Positions 53,988 to 62,780 of a DNA stretch of 64,000 nt are shown here, one piece after another. The stretch's first letter is position 1; the number at the start of each line of letters is the position of its first letter. This DNA is from an uncultured Leptospirales bacterium. Its GTDB lineage: Bacteria > Spirochaetota > UBA4802 > UBA5550. Both the position numbers and the translations under genes were made by a program. Under the pieces are notes generated by a model. That model saw only the letters and a list, made by a program, of their open reading frames with translations. It was not told where the DNA came from and did no database searches. The DNA lies in the NCBI GenBank assembly GCA_964529415.1, contig CAZGWD010000004.1, positions 70,806 to 134,805 on the forward strand, in the 5' to 3' direction.

Positions 53988-56171
53988 ATGGAATTCCAGT
54001 ATTCAATTTTTTTTATTCCCCCTTTCATCTGTCTTGTTACCGGGATTTCTCTTGCAATTCTTTCACTCGTTAAAGGAAAACTTAAAAAAGAAAATATACT
54101 TTTTTCAATGGTGTGCTTCTGGGTTTCAGCAATGCTCGCCCCGGCATTTCTATCTCATTTCTTTTTTACTGATATGAATATAATAATGCGAGTTGAACGC
54201 ACAGTGCACTTTTTTTATATGTTTATACTGCCTATTACAGTAATATTCTACCATAATATTCTTGGAATTAATCGCCGCTGGCTTGAATACACTCTAATTG
54301 CAATCAGCATAATACTTGCAGGATTCACCCGAACAGAATGGTATTTAACCGGGGAGCTCTACACATATCATTGGGGCCAGATTGCAAAAGGCGGCATTGC
54401 TTTTCAGGTATTTGGTGCAATAGGAATTATCTGCATGATATATGCGATCACTATATGCATAATCAAACTCCGGACAGAAAAAAATCCGATCAACCGTTCA
54501 AAAATCAAATATATTCTTTTTTCAATAAACGCAATGATGATCCTCACATTAACAAATTTTCCTGCAATGAACGGCATTGATTCATATCCATATGGAAATT
54601 TCATGTTTATTCCTGTAATAATAATGGCATACGGCGTACTGCGCTACAGATTGTTTGATATCCGCAGCATCATTCATCTGACATTAATCTGGGTTGTGAC
54701 ATCTTCTCTGATTATAATACCGAACGTTGTGCTGTTTATTTTACTCAAAGAACATTTACAAACAGGCAAATATATAAACATTTTTTTTATACTTGCTGTA
54801 TGGCTTGCAGTCAATATGCTATATTACAGATGGATCCAGCCTCTTATCAACCGGCTATTCAACCGTAATAAAATGAATCTCAACAAAGCCGGAGCAGTTT
54901 TTATCGAAAACATTTCAATGCTGAAAAGCCTTGACGGGGTACTCGATCAGTTTAAATCCACACTTACAGAAACGCTCCATCTCAAGAGTGTTGACATTTT
55001 CCTGAACCACAAGGAAAATCCATTCGGATTCAGCAATAAATCCGGAATAACAATTGAAATATCCAAAGATATTTTAGAATGGTTTCTTCAATCAAATCAT
55101 CTTGTTGATATAGACATGGTTAACTCAAATCCCAGCTACAAACCTGTCAGAGAAATCCTACTGAAACTTTTTGACCGAATTAAATATTCTGTAATGCTGC
55201 CCCTGATACAAAACGAGCAGATGATAGGACTTCTTCTTCTTGGCGAAAAAATAACGCTTAAACCCTTCAGCAGAATTGAGATACGCTTTATCAATAATAT
55301 CCGCAGCGCTGCAACTATTTCACTGATGAATTCCATAATGTATCAGGACATTTCGGATATGAAATACATTCTTGAAGAAAAAGTCCAGGAGCGCACCAAA
55401 GAACTGAAAATTAAAAATGACCAGATGCTGTTTGAACTTCAGGTAGCAAAAAAAGTTCAGATGACAATTATACCTGAAGACCTCCCGCACACAGAGCAGA
55501 TCCGCATTGCTGCAAAGATGCTTCCTCTTATGGAAGTTAGCGGCGATTTCTACGATGTTGTTTACGTAAACGAAAATTCCATTGCTATTGCAATTATAGA
55601 CGTATCTGGACATGGCATTTCAGCAGCGCTTCTTACATCGATGATAAAATCAGAAATTGCGACCCAGCTTGAAAAGCATGCAAAAACATCCGAAATCTGC
55701 ACAGGACTGAACACAGCCCTGTACCCGACCCTGGTTGAAACAGGTTTTTATTTCACAATGTTTATCTGTCTTGTGGATTTAAAAAAACTCACACTTGAAT
55801 TTACAAACTGCGGACATACAGAACCGTTTTTGCTAAAGGAGGATAAAAAATTTACGAAACTCAATACAGAAGGAATGTTTATAGGGTTGTCCTATGACAC
55901 TAAATACGGCAGCTCAACAATTCAGCTCATGAGAGGCGACCGGGTTTTTCTTTATACAGACGGAATCACAGAAGCGCGCGATGCAGTAGGTGATGAGATG
56001 GGAGAAACTCGTTTTCTCAAAGCAATTACAGCAACTGCATCGCTTCCAATCAAAGAACAGATATACTCCATTATGACCACTGTTGATAAATTCAGAGATA
56101 AAACCGCTTTATCAAAAAAAGATGACATCACTCTGCTTGCATTCGAAGTTGGAGCGCCTGTATTAAAATAA
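53988..56171 (+). CDS. membrane-embedded 7TM sensor - GAF-like - SpoIIE/PP2C phosphatase
   Basis: The polytopic N-terminus and central domain are homologous to the divergent neighbour. The C-terminal PP2C domain has EVSGDFYDV, IDVSGHGISAAL, LYTDGITE and DDITLL. AGGAG RBS. Confidence 0.85.
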   Translation: MEFQYSIFFIPPFICLVTGISLAILSLVKGKLKKENILFSMVCFWVSAMLAPAFLSHFFFTDMNIIMRVERTVHFFYMFILPITVIFYHNILGINRRWLEYTLIAISIILAGFTRTEWYLTGELYTYHWGQIAKGGIAFQVFGAIGIICMIYAITICIIKLRTEKNPINRSKIKYILFSINAMMILTLTNFPAMNGIDSYPYGNFMFIPVIIMAYGVLRYRLFDIRSIIHLTLIWVVTSSLIIIPNVVLFILLKEHLQTGKYINIFFILAVWLAVNMLYYRWIQPLINRLFNRNKMNLNKAGAVFIENISMLKSLDGVLDQFKSTLTETLHLKSVDIFLNHKENPFGFSNKSGITIEISKDILEWFLQSNHLVDIDMVNSNPSYKPVREILLKLFDRIKYSVMLPLIQNEQMIGLLLLGEKITLKPFSRIEIRFINNIRSAATISLMNSIMYQDISDMKYILEEKVQERTKELKIKNDQMLFELQVAKKVQMTIIPEDLPHTEQIRIAAKMLPLMEVSGDFYDVVYVNENSIAIAIIDVSGHGISAALLTSMIKSEIATQLEKHAKTSEICTGLNTALYPTLVETGFYFTMFICLVDLKKLTLEFTNCGHTEPFLLKEDKKFTKLNTEGMFIGLSYDTKYGSSTIQLMRGDRVFLYTDGITEARDAVGDEMGETRFLKAITATASLPIKEQIYSIMTTVDKFRDKTALSKKDDITLLAFEVGAPVLK

Positions 56172-56215
56172 TCTGCTAAAAAAACCTCAAGTAAATAGTA
56201 TTTTCAATTCCTTGA

Positions 56216-57763
56216 TTAGGCATCCTGACGCGCAATGATAGTGCTGAGTTCTTCAGCCATCTGAGCAAGCTTATCCGACATTGCAGAAAGACCTTTGGCT
56301 CCATCAATATTTGATTTGATAAGAGTATTTATATTTACGATAGTCCTGGATATTTCATTCATCTCTATATCCTGGGCTTTCGTAGCTTCCCTGATTTCTT
56401 TTGACTTAACCTGAACAACATCCACTTTATCCTGTATATCAATCTTGATCATTTCTTCATTATTGATATGCTTGAATACTTCCTGCGACTTTTCCTGAAC
56501 CGAATTGACAATTGCAACAATTTCCTTAAGCATTGCTACAGTAGACGCGATGCTGTTCATGTTTTCAACAGACATCTGATTATTTGACTGTATGAGAGTG
56601 GTAATTTCTTTAAGGCTTCCAACGGACTGATCGGAAAGTTTATTGACTTCCTGAGCAACAACAGCAAAACCCTTTCCGTGCTCCCCTGCTCTTGCAGCCT
56701 CAATTGATGCGTTCAATGCGAGAAGCTGAATCTTGTCGAATATATCACCGAGTATCTGCATGACAGATGAAAGTTTCAGCGAGCTGTCCTGTAAAAGTTT
56801 TGAATTGTTGTCAATGAGAGTTATAGCCCCCTCGCTCTTTTCGACTATTTTTATGACTGAAGAAAATAATCCGGCTATTTCTTCCGAGCTTGCCTTCAAT
56901 ATGTCAATTTCACTCGCCAGGCTCTTCATGGAATCCATCAGCGAAACGAATGATTCATACTGCTGTCCGGAATTCGCACTGATATCCGCAATACTTTTTG
57001 AAATTCCGTTGGTCGACGCTGCGATCTCATCTGTTGACGATGCCTGCTTTTCTATATTCTCTGAAAAAGACATGGTGGTCTTTGACATGCCGTCAGCAAC
57101 ATCCTTCAGATTATTTGAGCTTTGCTTTATTACATCATGAAGATTTATCATATTTTTAAACTGATCGTCGTTCTTCTCTTTTTCCTGACGGATCATTGAA
57201 ATGGAATTCTGAAACACTGAAATTGAAAGAAGCGCGATCAGATAAGCAAGCGCCATAGCTGCAAAAATATCTATAAGCCCTGTTTTTAATATTGGAGCGA
57301 ATTTCTCATCAACCGTTCCGACATTTGTCACGAACATCCATATAACTGCTGCAGCATAAGATAAAAATATGCCTGTTGTAACTACTCGCGAGGAAAATAC
57401 TGCTGCAAAAAGAATTGTAACAAACATAAAATACGAAAGGCTGACAAACGCAATTTCCGGCGGTTTGGTAACAAATCCCACAAAAACCACCACCGAAGTA
57501 AATATAACAAATACATTAGCTGCAATACTTAGTTTGCCTTTCCTAAGAAAAATTAGAGTTATTATAGAAGCAGTAGAAGCTGCAATAGCTGCGCCGAAAA
57601 AAGCGATTGCTCTTTCAACACTTACAATAAGTGAAGCAAAAGCACCTATATTCAATAAAATGATAAGAAAGCAGGCAAAAAACATAACAAGGCTTGCCTT
57701 TTTTCTGGTCAGATAATCTTTTTCATCGAATTTAAAAAGAATGTAATTAATAAATCTTCGCAT
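56216..57763 (-). CDS. methyl-accepting chemotaxis protein with polytopic membrane N-terminus (no periplasmic domain)
   Basis: About 6 hydrophobic helices in aa 20-185, followed by the MCP signalling domain [34 protein letters not shown]. Confidence 0.85.
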   Translation of the reverse strand: MRRFINYILFKFDEKDYLTRKKASLVMFFACFLIILLNIGAFASLIVSVERAIAFFGAAIAASTASIITLIFLRKGKLSIAANVFVIFTSVVVFVGFVTKPPEIAFVSLSYFMFVTILFAAVFSSRVVTTGIFLSYAAAVIWMFVTNVGTVDEKFAPILKTGLIDIFAAMALAYLIALLSISVFQNSISMIRQEKEKNDDQFKNMINLHDVIKQSSNNLKDVADGMSKTTMSFSENIEKQASSTDEIAASTNGISKSIADISANSGQQYESFVSLMDSMKSLASEIDILKASSEEIAGLFSSVIKIVEKSEGAITLIDNNSKLLQDSSLKLSSVMQILGDIFDKIQLLALNASIEAARAGEHGKGFAVVAQEVNKLSDQSVGSLKEITTLIQSNNQMSVENMNSIASTVAMLKEIVAIVNSVQEKSQEVFKHINNEEMIKIDIQDKVDVVQVKSKEIREATKAQDIEMNEISRTIVNINTLIKSNIDGAKGLSAMSDKLAQMAEELSTIIARQDA

Positions 57764-57982
57764 ATTGAAAATCTCACTTTTATAACAGTTATCAAATTTT
57801 AATGAGTATAATTGTGTTTAAATATAATTTCCTGTCATCTAAAATTCATATAGTGAGTTAAAAAAATACTATTTATAAGCGCTTTGTCTATACACACATA
57901 AAAATAATCTTCCTGAGTGAATTTTAAAAAAAATCTTAAAAAATTCCTTTTTTTTATTTACAAAACTTAAACCAATAATAAA

Positions 57983-58004
57983 GTTGTATTATTGTAGATA
58001 CAAC
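57983..58004. promoter_or_regulatory. putative GntR/HutC operator (7-bp inverted repeat)
   Basis: GTTGTAT-N8-ATACAAC is a perfect inverted repeat ending 7 nt before the GntR-family start codon. It fits the GT...AC half-site logic of GntR operators. Confidence 0.45.
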
Positions 58005-58011
58005 TAAACAT

Positions 58012-58746
58012 ATGAAACCAGTTCATTTTAAAAACACGCAAATTCCCCTGCATTATCAGATTGCTGACTATCTGACAGAAATGCTGCGTAAAGGTGAAAT
58101 AGATCCTGCGAAAAAGCTCTTTCCTGAAGAGGAAATGACGCTCATTTTCGGAGTAAGCAGAACCACTGTACGCAAAGCTCTTGAACATCTTCATCACAGC
58201 GGTCTACTTTACAGCAAAAGAGGGAGCGGGACATTCTGGACAGATAAAGCCGGCTCAATTAATAATGAAAAATTATCCGGTATAAACCGTCAGATATTCA
58301 ATACAGAAAAAACCCAAGTTAAAGTAATGTCAAAAACCCATGAAACAGGATCTGAAGAAGTTAATTTATTTTTCAATAATTCATCAGATACAGAATATAC
58401 AGTATATAAAAGGCTCCGCACGATTGACGGAGAGCCAATGAGCTACACAATTAATTATCTACCGCGGGAAAAAGGCGACAGGATCATGCCTGCTCATCTT
58501 GAATCAATGACCATGCTCGAAACTCTTGAAAAAGTATTGGGGATCAATCTTGGCATTATTGAGCATGAAGTTGAAATTACCCGAATAGACAGTGAAATTT
58601 CAAAAATTCTGCAGCTGTCTGCTCTTGACCCTGTTCTTACAGTTAAAACAAGTGTATTCGATACCGGCTCGCGTCCGGTTGAGATCGTATGGACTCACTT
58701 TGTTGAAACTAAATATAAATTTAAAGTTGTTCTCGAAAACAAATAA
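58012..58746 (+). CDS. GntR family transcriptional regulator, HutC/UTRA subfamily
   Basis: N-terminal winged HTH (PLHYQIADYL...LFPEEEMTLIFGVSRTTVRKALEHL...GLLYSKRGSGTFW) plus a ~150-aa UTRA-like effector domain. Confidence 0.85.
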   Translation: MKPVHFKNTQIPLHYQIADYLTEMLRKGEIDPAKKLFPEEEMTLIFGVSRTTVRKALEHLHHSGLLYSKRGSGTFWTDKAGSINNEKLSGINRQIFNTEKTQVKVMSKTHETGSEEVNLFFNNSSDTEYTVYKRLRTIDGEPMSYTINYLPREKGDRIMPAHLESMTMLETLEKVLGINLGIIEHEVEITRIDSEISKILQLSALDPVLTVKTSVFDTGSRPVEIVWTHFVETKYKFKVVLENK

Positions 58747-58781
58747 AGATGCAGAAGCATCAATAACAATTGGAGGAAATA

Positions 58782-60677
58782 ATGGGAAATTATCAAAAAG
58801 CATACGAAGAATCAATCAACAGCCCTGATACATTCTGGGCAAAAGCAGCAGAAGGCATATCATGGAATAAGAAATTTGATAAGGTTCTGGATGACAGCAA
58901 CAAGCCGTTTTACAGATGGTTCACCGGAGGCGAGCTCAATACCTGCTACAACGCTCTTGATTATCATGTGGAAAACGGAAGAGCTGACCAAACAGCGCTT
59001 ATTTACGACAGCCCTGTTACAGAAACAAAGAAAAAGTTCTCTTACAGGGAACTTAGGGATCAGACAGCATTATTTGCAGGAGTGCTTAAAGACTGCGGTG
59101 TTTCAAAAGGCGACAGAGTAATTGTTTATATGCCCATGATACCTGAAGCTGCAGTTGCAATGCTCGCCTGCGCAAGAATAGGTGCAGTACATTCTGTAGT
59201 GTTCGGAGGATTTGCTTCAAACGAGCTTGCAATAAGAATTGATGATGCTAAGCCTGTTGTAATGATTACTGCTTCTTGCGGTATAGAAGGCAAGAAAGTC
59301 ATCGAATACAAACCCCTTCTTGACAAGGCGATTGATATTGCAAAACACAAACCTCAAAAATGCATAATTTATCAGAGAGAACAGGCAACATCCCCGCTCA
59401 TTCAGGGCCGTGATATCAACTGGGCTGATGCAGTTAAAAAAGCTTCTCCTGCAGATTGTGTGAATGTAAAAGCTACTGATCCACTGTACATACTTTATAC
59501 ATCAGGAACAACAGGAATGCCGAAAGGAGTTGTGCGCGATAACGGCGGCCATGCTGTTGCATTGAAGTGGAGCATGAAAAATATTTACAACATGAATGCA
59601 GGTGATGTATTCTGGGCTGCGTCAGATGTAGGCTGGGTTGTAGGTCATTCTTATATTGTATATGCCCCTTTATTAAGCGGATGCACAACTGTTTTCTATG
59701 AAGGCAAGCCGGTAGGCACACCGGATCCAGGCGCATTCTGGAGAATAATTTCAGAATATAATGTAAAAGCTCTCTTTACAGCTCCAACAGCATTCCGTGC
59801 GATAAAGAAGGAAGATCCAAACGGAGACTTTTACAAAAAATATAAAATTCCGGGATTCAAAACTCTTTTTCTCGCAGGCGAACGTCTTGACCCTGATACA
59901 TACCACTGGGCGAGCAACCTCCTTGGAGTTCCTGTAGTTGACCACTGGTGGCAGACAGAAACAGGCTGGTCAATTGCAGCAAACTGCATGGGTCTCGAAG
60001 AATTTCCGATTAAGCCGGGTTCACCGACTAAATGCGTTCCAGGATACAAAGTTGAGATAATAGATGCAGACGGTAAAATACTTCCTGCAGGAACAGAAGG
60101 GCTTGTTGCTATTAAACTGCCTCTTCCTCCGGGAACACTGCCAACTCTCTGGCAGAATGATGCCAAATACAAGGAGTCATATCTCGATATGTATCCTGGA
60201 TATTATTTCACAGGCGACGGCGGATATATTGATTCCGATGGCTACGTATACATCATGGGAAGGATTGATGATGTAATAAATGTCGCAGGACACAGGCTCT
60301 CAACCGGCGCGATGGAAGAAATCATATCAACACACCCGGATGTGGCTGAATGCGCTGTAATAGGCGCAGCAGATGATTTCAAGGGGCAGCTTCCACTCGG
60401 ATTTGTTGTTCTTAAACAGGGAGTGAATAAAAGCGAGAAAGAAATAGTAGATGATCTTGTCAGAATGGTCCGCGAAAATATCGGAGCTGTGGCAGTATTC
60501 AAGCAGGCAATTGTTGTCAAGCGTCTGCCGAAAACCCGCTCAGGAAAAATATTAAGAGGAACAATGAGAAAAATTGCAGACGGAGCTGAATATACTGCTC
60601 CATCAACAATTGATGATCCTGCGATCCTTACTGAAATAGCAGTAGAACTCAAAAGGATCGGTTATCCGAAAGTTTAG
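58782..60677 (+). CDS. prpE: propionate--CoA ligase (propionyl-CoA synthetase)
   Basis: Collinear with PrpE over the full length. Matching segments include PDTFWAKAAEGISW, VYMPMIPEAAVAMLACARIGAVHSVVFGGFAS, YTSGTTGMPKGV, DVGWVVGHSYIVYAPLL, LPKTRSGKILR and STIDDPAIL. GGAGG lies 5 nt before the ATG at 58782. Confidence 0.85.
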   Translation: MGNYQKAYEESINSPDTFWAKAAEGISWNKKFDKVLDDSNKPFYRWFTGGELNTCYNALDYHVENGRADQTALIYDSPVTETKKKFSYRELRDQTALFAGVLKDCGVSKGDRVIVYMPMIPEAAVAMLACARIGAVHSVVFGGFASNELAIRIDDAKPVVMITASCGIEGKKVIEYKPLLDKAIDIAKHKPQKCIIYQREQATSPLIQGRDINWADAVKKASPADCVNVKATDPLYILYTSGTTGMPKGVVRDNGGHAVALKWSMKNIYNMNAGDVFWAASDVGWVVGHSYIVYAPLLSGCTTVFYEGKPVGTPDPGAFWRIISEYNVKALFTAPTAFRAIKKEDPNGDFYKKYKIPGFKTLFLAGERLDPDTYHWASNLLGVPVVDHWWQTETGWSIAANCMGLEEFPIKPGSPTKCVPGYKVEIIDADGKILPAGTEGLVAIKLPLPPGTLPTLWQNDAKYKESYLDMYPGYYFTGDGGYIDSDGYVYIMGRIDDVINVAGHRLSTGAMEEIISTHPDVAECAVIGAADDFKGQLPLGFVVLKQGVNKSEKEIVDDLVRMVRENIGAVAVFKQAIVVKRLPKTRSGKILRGTMRKIADGAEYTAPSTIDDPAILTEIAVELKRIGYPKV

Positions 60678-60708
60678 CATTTGAAATAAATTCATCCCGA
60701 TACAGTAA

Positions 60709-60752
60709 CCCTGCTCAATGAGCGATTTGCTTTCGCTGCTTATTGAGCAGGG
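60709..60752 (+). other. long stem-loop downstream of prpE without U-tract
   Basis: An 11-bp perfect stem CCCTGCTCAAT/ATTGAGCAGGG encloses a smaller GAGCGA...TCGCT hairpin, 32 nt after the prpE stop. It is followed by GCGCAGTATCG, with no T-run. Confidence 0.4.
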
Positions 60753-60928
60753 CGCAGTATCGAAACAAAATTTACTTTATTATTATCTGCAAAAATTATT
60801 TTATCTCCATTCCCATTTCAAGAAGCCGCTTCTTAAATTACTTGACAATTACTATAAGTCTTTTTGTATTTCAAAAGATCTGATAATTACCAATCAGACC
60901 AAGTCAATAAAAATTATCGAGGACACCT

Positions 60929-61966
60929 ATGAAAACAAAAATCACTGAAACTTTAAAAATTAAATATCCGATTATTCTTTCAGGCATGAGCTGGATAAGC
61001 ATGCCCGAACTTGTTGCAGCTGTATCGAATGCGGGCGGCCTCGGAATTCTGGCAACAGGAGTTATGAATGCAGATGAAACTCTTGAAGCCATTAAAAAGA
61101 CACGCAAGCTGACGAAAAATCCTTTTGCTGCGAATATTACTCTGTACTTCCCGGGCGCAAAACAAAATGCAAAAGTTATTATCGAACAGAAAGTGCCTGT
61201 AGTCAACTATGCGCTCGGAAAAGGCGACTGGATCTGCAAGGAAGTTCATGCGTACGGCGGGAAGGTAATTGCAACAGTTACAACACTCAAACATGCTCTT
61301 GCAGCCCAGAAAGACGGAGCTGATGCAATCATAGTAACCGGCCACGAAGCAGCAGGCCATGGCGGCGATGTAACTTCGCTTGCACTCATACCGAGTATCG
61401 CTGACAATATCAGCATCCCGATAATTGCTGCTGGAGGATTTGCAGACGGAAGAGGTCTTGCCACTGCATTGATACTCGGCGCAGACGGGATTTCAATGGG
61501 TACAAGATTTATGAATTCAGTTGAAAGTCCTGTACATGAAAATCAGAAAAAAGTTACAAATGAAACTGATGTCTACAATACTCTTTACACAGATAAAGTT
61601 GACGGAATGAAAGCGCGCGTAATGAAATCACCTGGCGCGAGAAGACTCATTAACAAGCGTCTGAATCCTTTGAGCGCATTGATACGCTCCAGAAAAATTG
61701 CAAAAATGCTGGGACTTCCATGGATGAAGCTTGCTGTAGGCATAATGTTTATGGGTTACAAAAAATCAATGCAGATGGTAAGAATGGCAATCGGCTTTGA
61801 CGCTTTTCAGGCAGGCACGATGGATGGAGATAATAAGAAAGGCGTACTCCCCATTGGCCAGATTGCAGGAATTATCACTGAAACTCTTACAGTAAAACAG
61901 ATAATTGACAGAACAATGAAAGAAGCTAAAAAATCGCAGGAACTATTAGCAGCCAAGTTAAAATAA
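60929..61966 (+). CDS. NAD(P)H-dependent flavin oxidoreductase, nitronate monooxygenase / FabK-like family
   Basis: YPIILSGMSWISMPELVAAVSNAGGLGILA, VTGHEAAGHGG, IIAAGGFADGRG and GADGISMGTRF are typical of NMO/2-nitropropane dioxygenase-like TIM barrels. Confidence 0.8.
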   Translation: MKTKITETLKIKYPIILSGMSWISMPELVAAVSNAGGLGILATGVMNADETLEAIKKTRKLTKNPFAANITLYFPGAKQNAKVIIEQKVPVVNYALGKGDWICKEVHAYGGKVIATVTTLKHALAAQKDGADAIIVTGHEAAGHGGDVTSLALIPSIADNISIPIIAAGGFADGRGLATALILGADGISMGTRFMNSVESPVHENQKKVTNETDVYNTLYTDKVDGMKARVMKSPGARRLINKRLNPLSALIRSRKIAKMLGLPWMKLAVGIMFMGYKKSMQMVRMAIGFDAFQAGTMDGDNKKGVLPIGQIAGIITETLTVKQIIDRTMKEAKKSQELLAAKLK

Positions 61967-61971
61967 AAAAC

Positions 61972-62006
61972 AAAAAACCCCGGAATAGTTAAAATGCCGG
62001 GGTTTT
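61972..62006. terminator. bidirectional terminator (NMO-like gene / 62030..62590)
   Basis: A6-CCCCGG-13 nt-CCGGGG-TTTT between convergent genes. Confidence 0.75.
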
Positions 62007-62029
62007 CTTATTCTCAAATTTTCTATATA

Positions 62030-62590
62030 TTATTTTTTCAACAAATCGTCGATCATTTTAATGATAGAATTCATCTCTGCAGCGCCCCATCTGTTGTTTT
62101 TATCTTTATATCCAATATATTTTACTTTTTTATCTCTTCCAATCAAGACAAACACTGACTTATCATTGCAATTTCCCAATCCCCAGGAATTAGGAACAGT
62201 AAGGTCAATATCTGTAAGGATTACGGATTTATATTTCTCGATCTTTCCCTGTATAACGCTTCTTATTATAAAATTCGGCGCAGGTGAATCCTTCAAATTT
62301 GCGATTCCAACTCCGCTGTATACATCTTTTCCATAATTTTTTGCTTTTAGAAGATCTGCAAGCGGATCGCCTATATCAGCAGCTTCTGTATCACTATAAA
62401 AAATCCCTACCACATGCGTGCCGATACCAGGAATGTAAGAAGGCTTATCCTTTGCATCTCTGATTAAAGGATTTGACACTGTTGCTCCAATAGCAGGTGC
62501 AGCTTTTACAGTCCCGACACCTGAAGTAAAAACAATAATTGCACATCCAAAAACAACAACCAGACTTTTCAATAAGAATGATCGACTCAT
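62030..62590 (-). CDS. secreted protein, possibly YtfJ-like / thioredoxin-fold (tentative)
   Basis: Signal peptide ending VKAAPA. Weak collinearity with periplasmic YtfJ-type proteins. It has a very good promoter and a shared terminator. Confidence 0.35.
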   Translation of the reverse strand: MSRSFLLKSLVVVFGCAIIVFTSGVGTVKAAPAIGATVSNPLIRDAKDKPSYIPGIGTHVVGIFYSDTEAADIGDPLADLLKAKNYGKDVYSGVGIANLKDSPAPNFIIRSVIQGKIEKYKSVILTDIDLTVPNSWGLGNCNDKSVFVLIGRDKKVKYIGYKDKNNRWGAAEMNSIIKMIDDLLKK

Positions 62591-62638
62591 ATTTGAATCC
62601 CCCTTTTTTAGTTAAAAAATTTTTTATTTGATATGTCT

Positions 62639-62667
62639 ATTTATAAAGTTCCATTTTTGCCTGTCAA
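62639..62667 (-). promoter_or_regulatory. sigma70-type promoter for 62030..62590
   Basis: On the minus strand: TTGACA, 17 bp, ATAAAT. Confidence 0.5.
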
Positions 62668-62780
62668 GGTATAGTTTTTAAAATACATAAAAAAGCTATA
62701 GCGGACAATTTATTTTTAAATCGGCTTAACTATGACAATTTAAAATATCACTGGATTAATTTTTATCTTTATTGTTTTCT

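Noticed and set aside
60718-60948. 76-aa plus-strand ORF between prpE and the NMO-like gene.
   Set aside because: It starts inside the stem-loop, runs across a promoter-like TTGACA box, has no RBS and overlaps the NMO start. It is probably non-coding.
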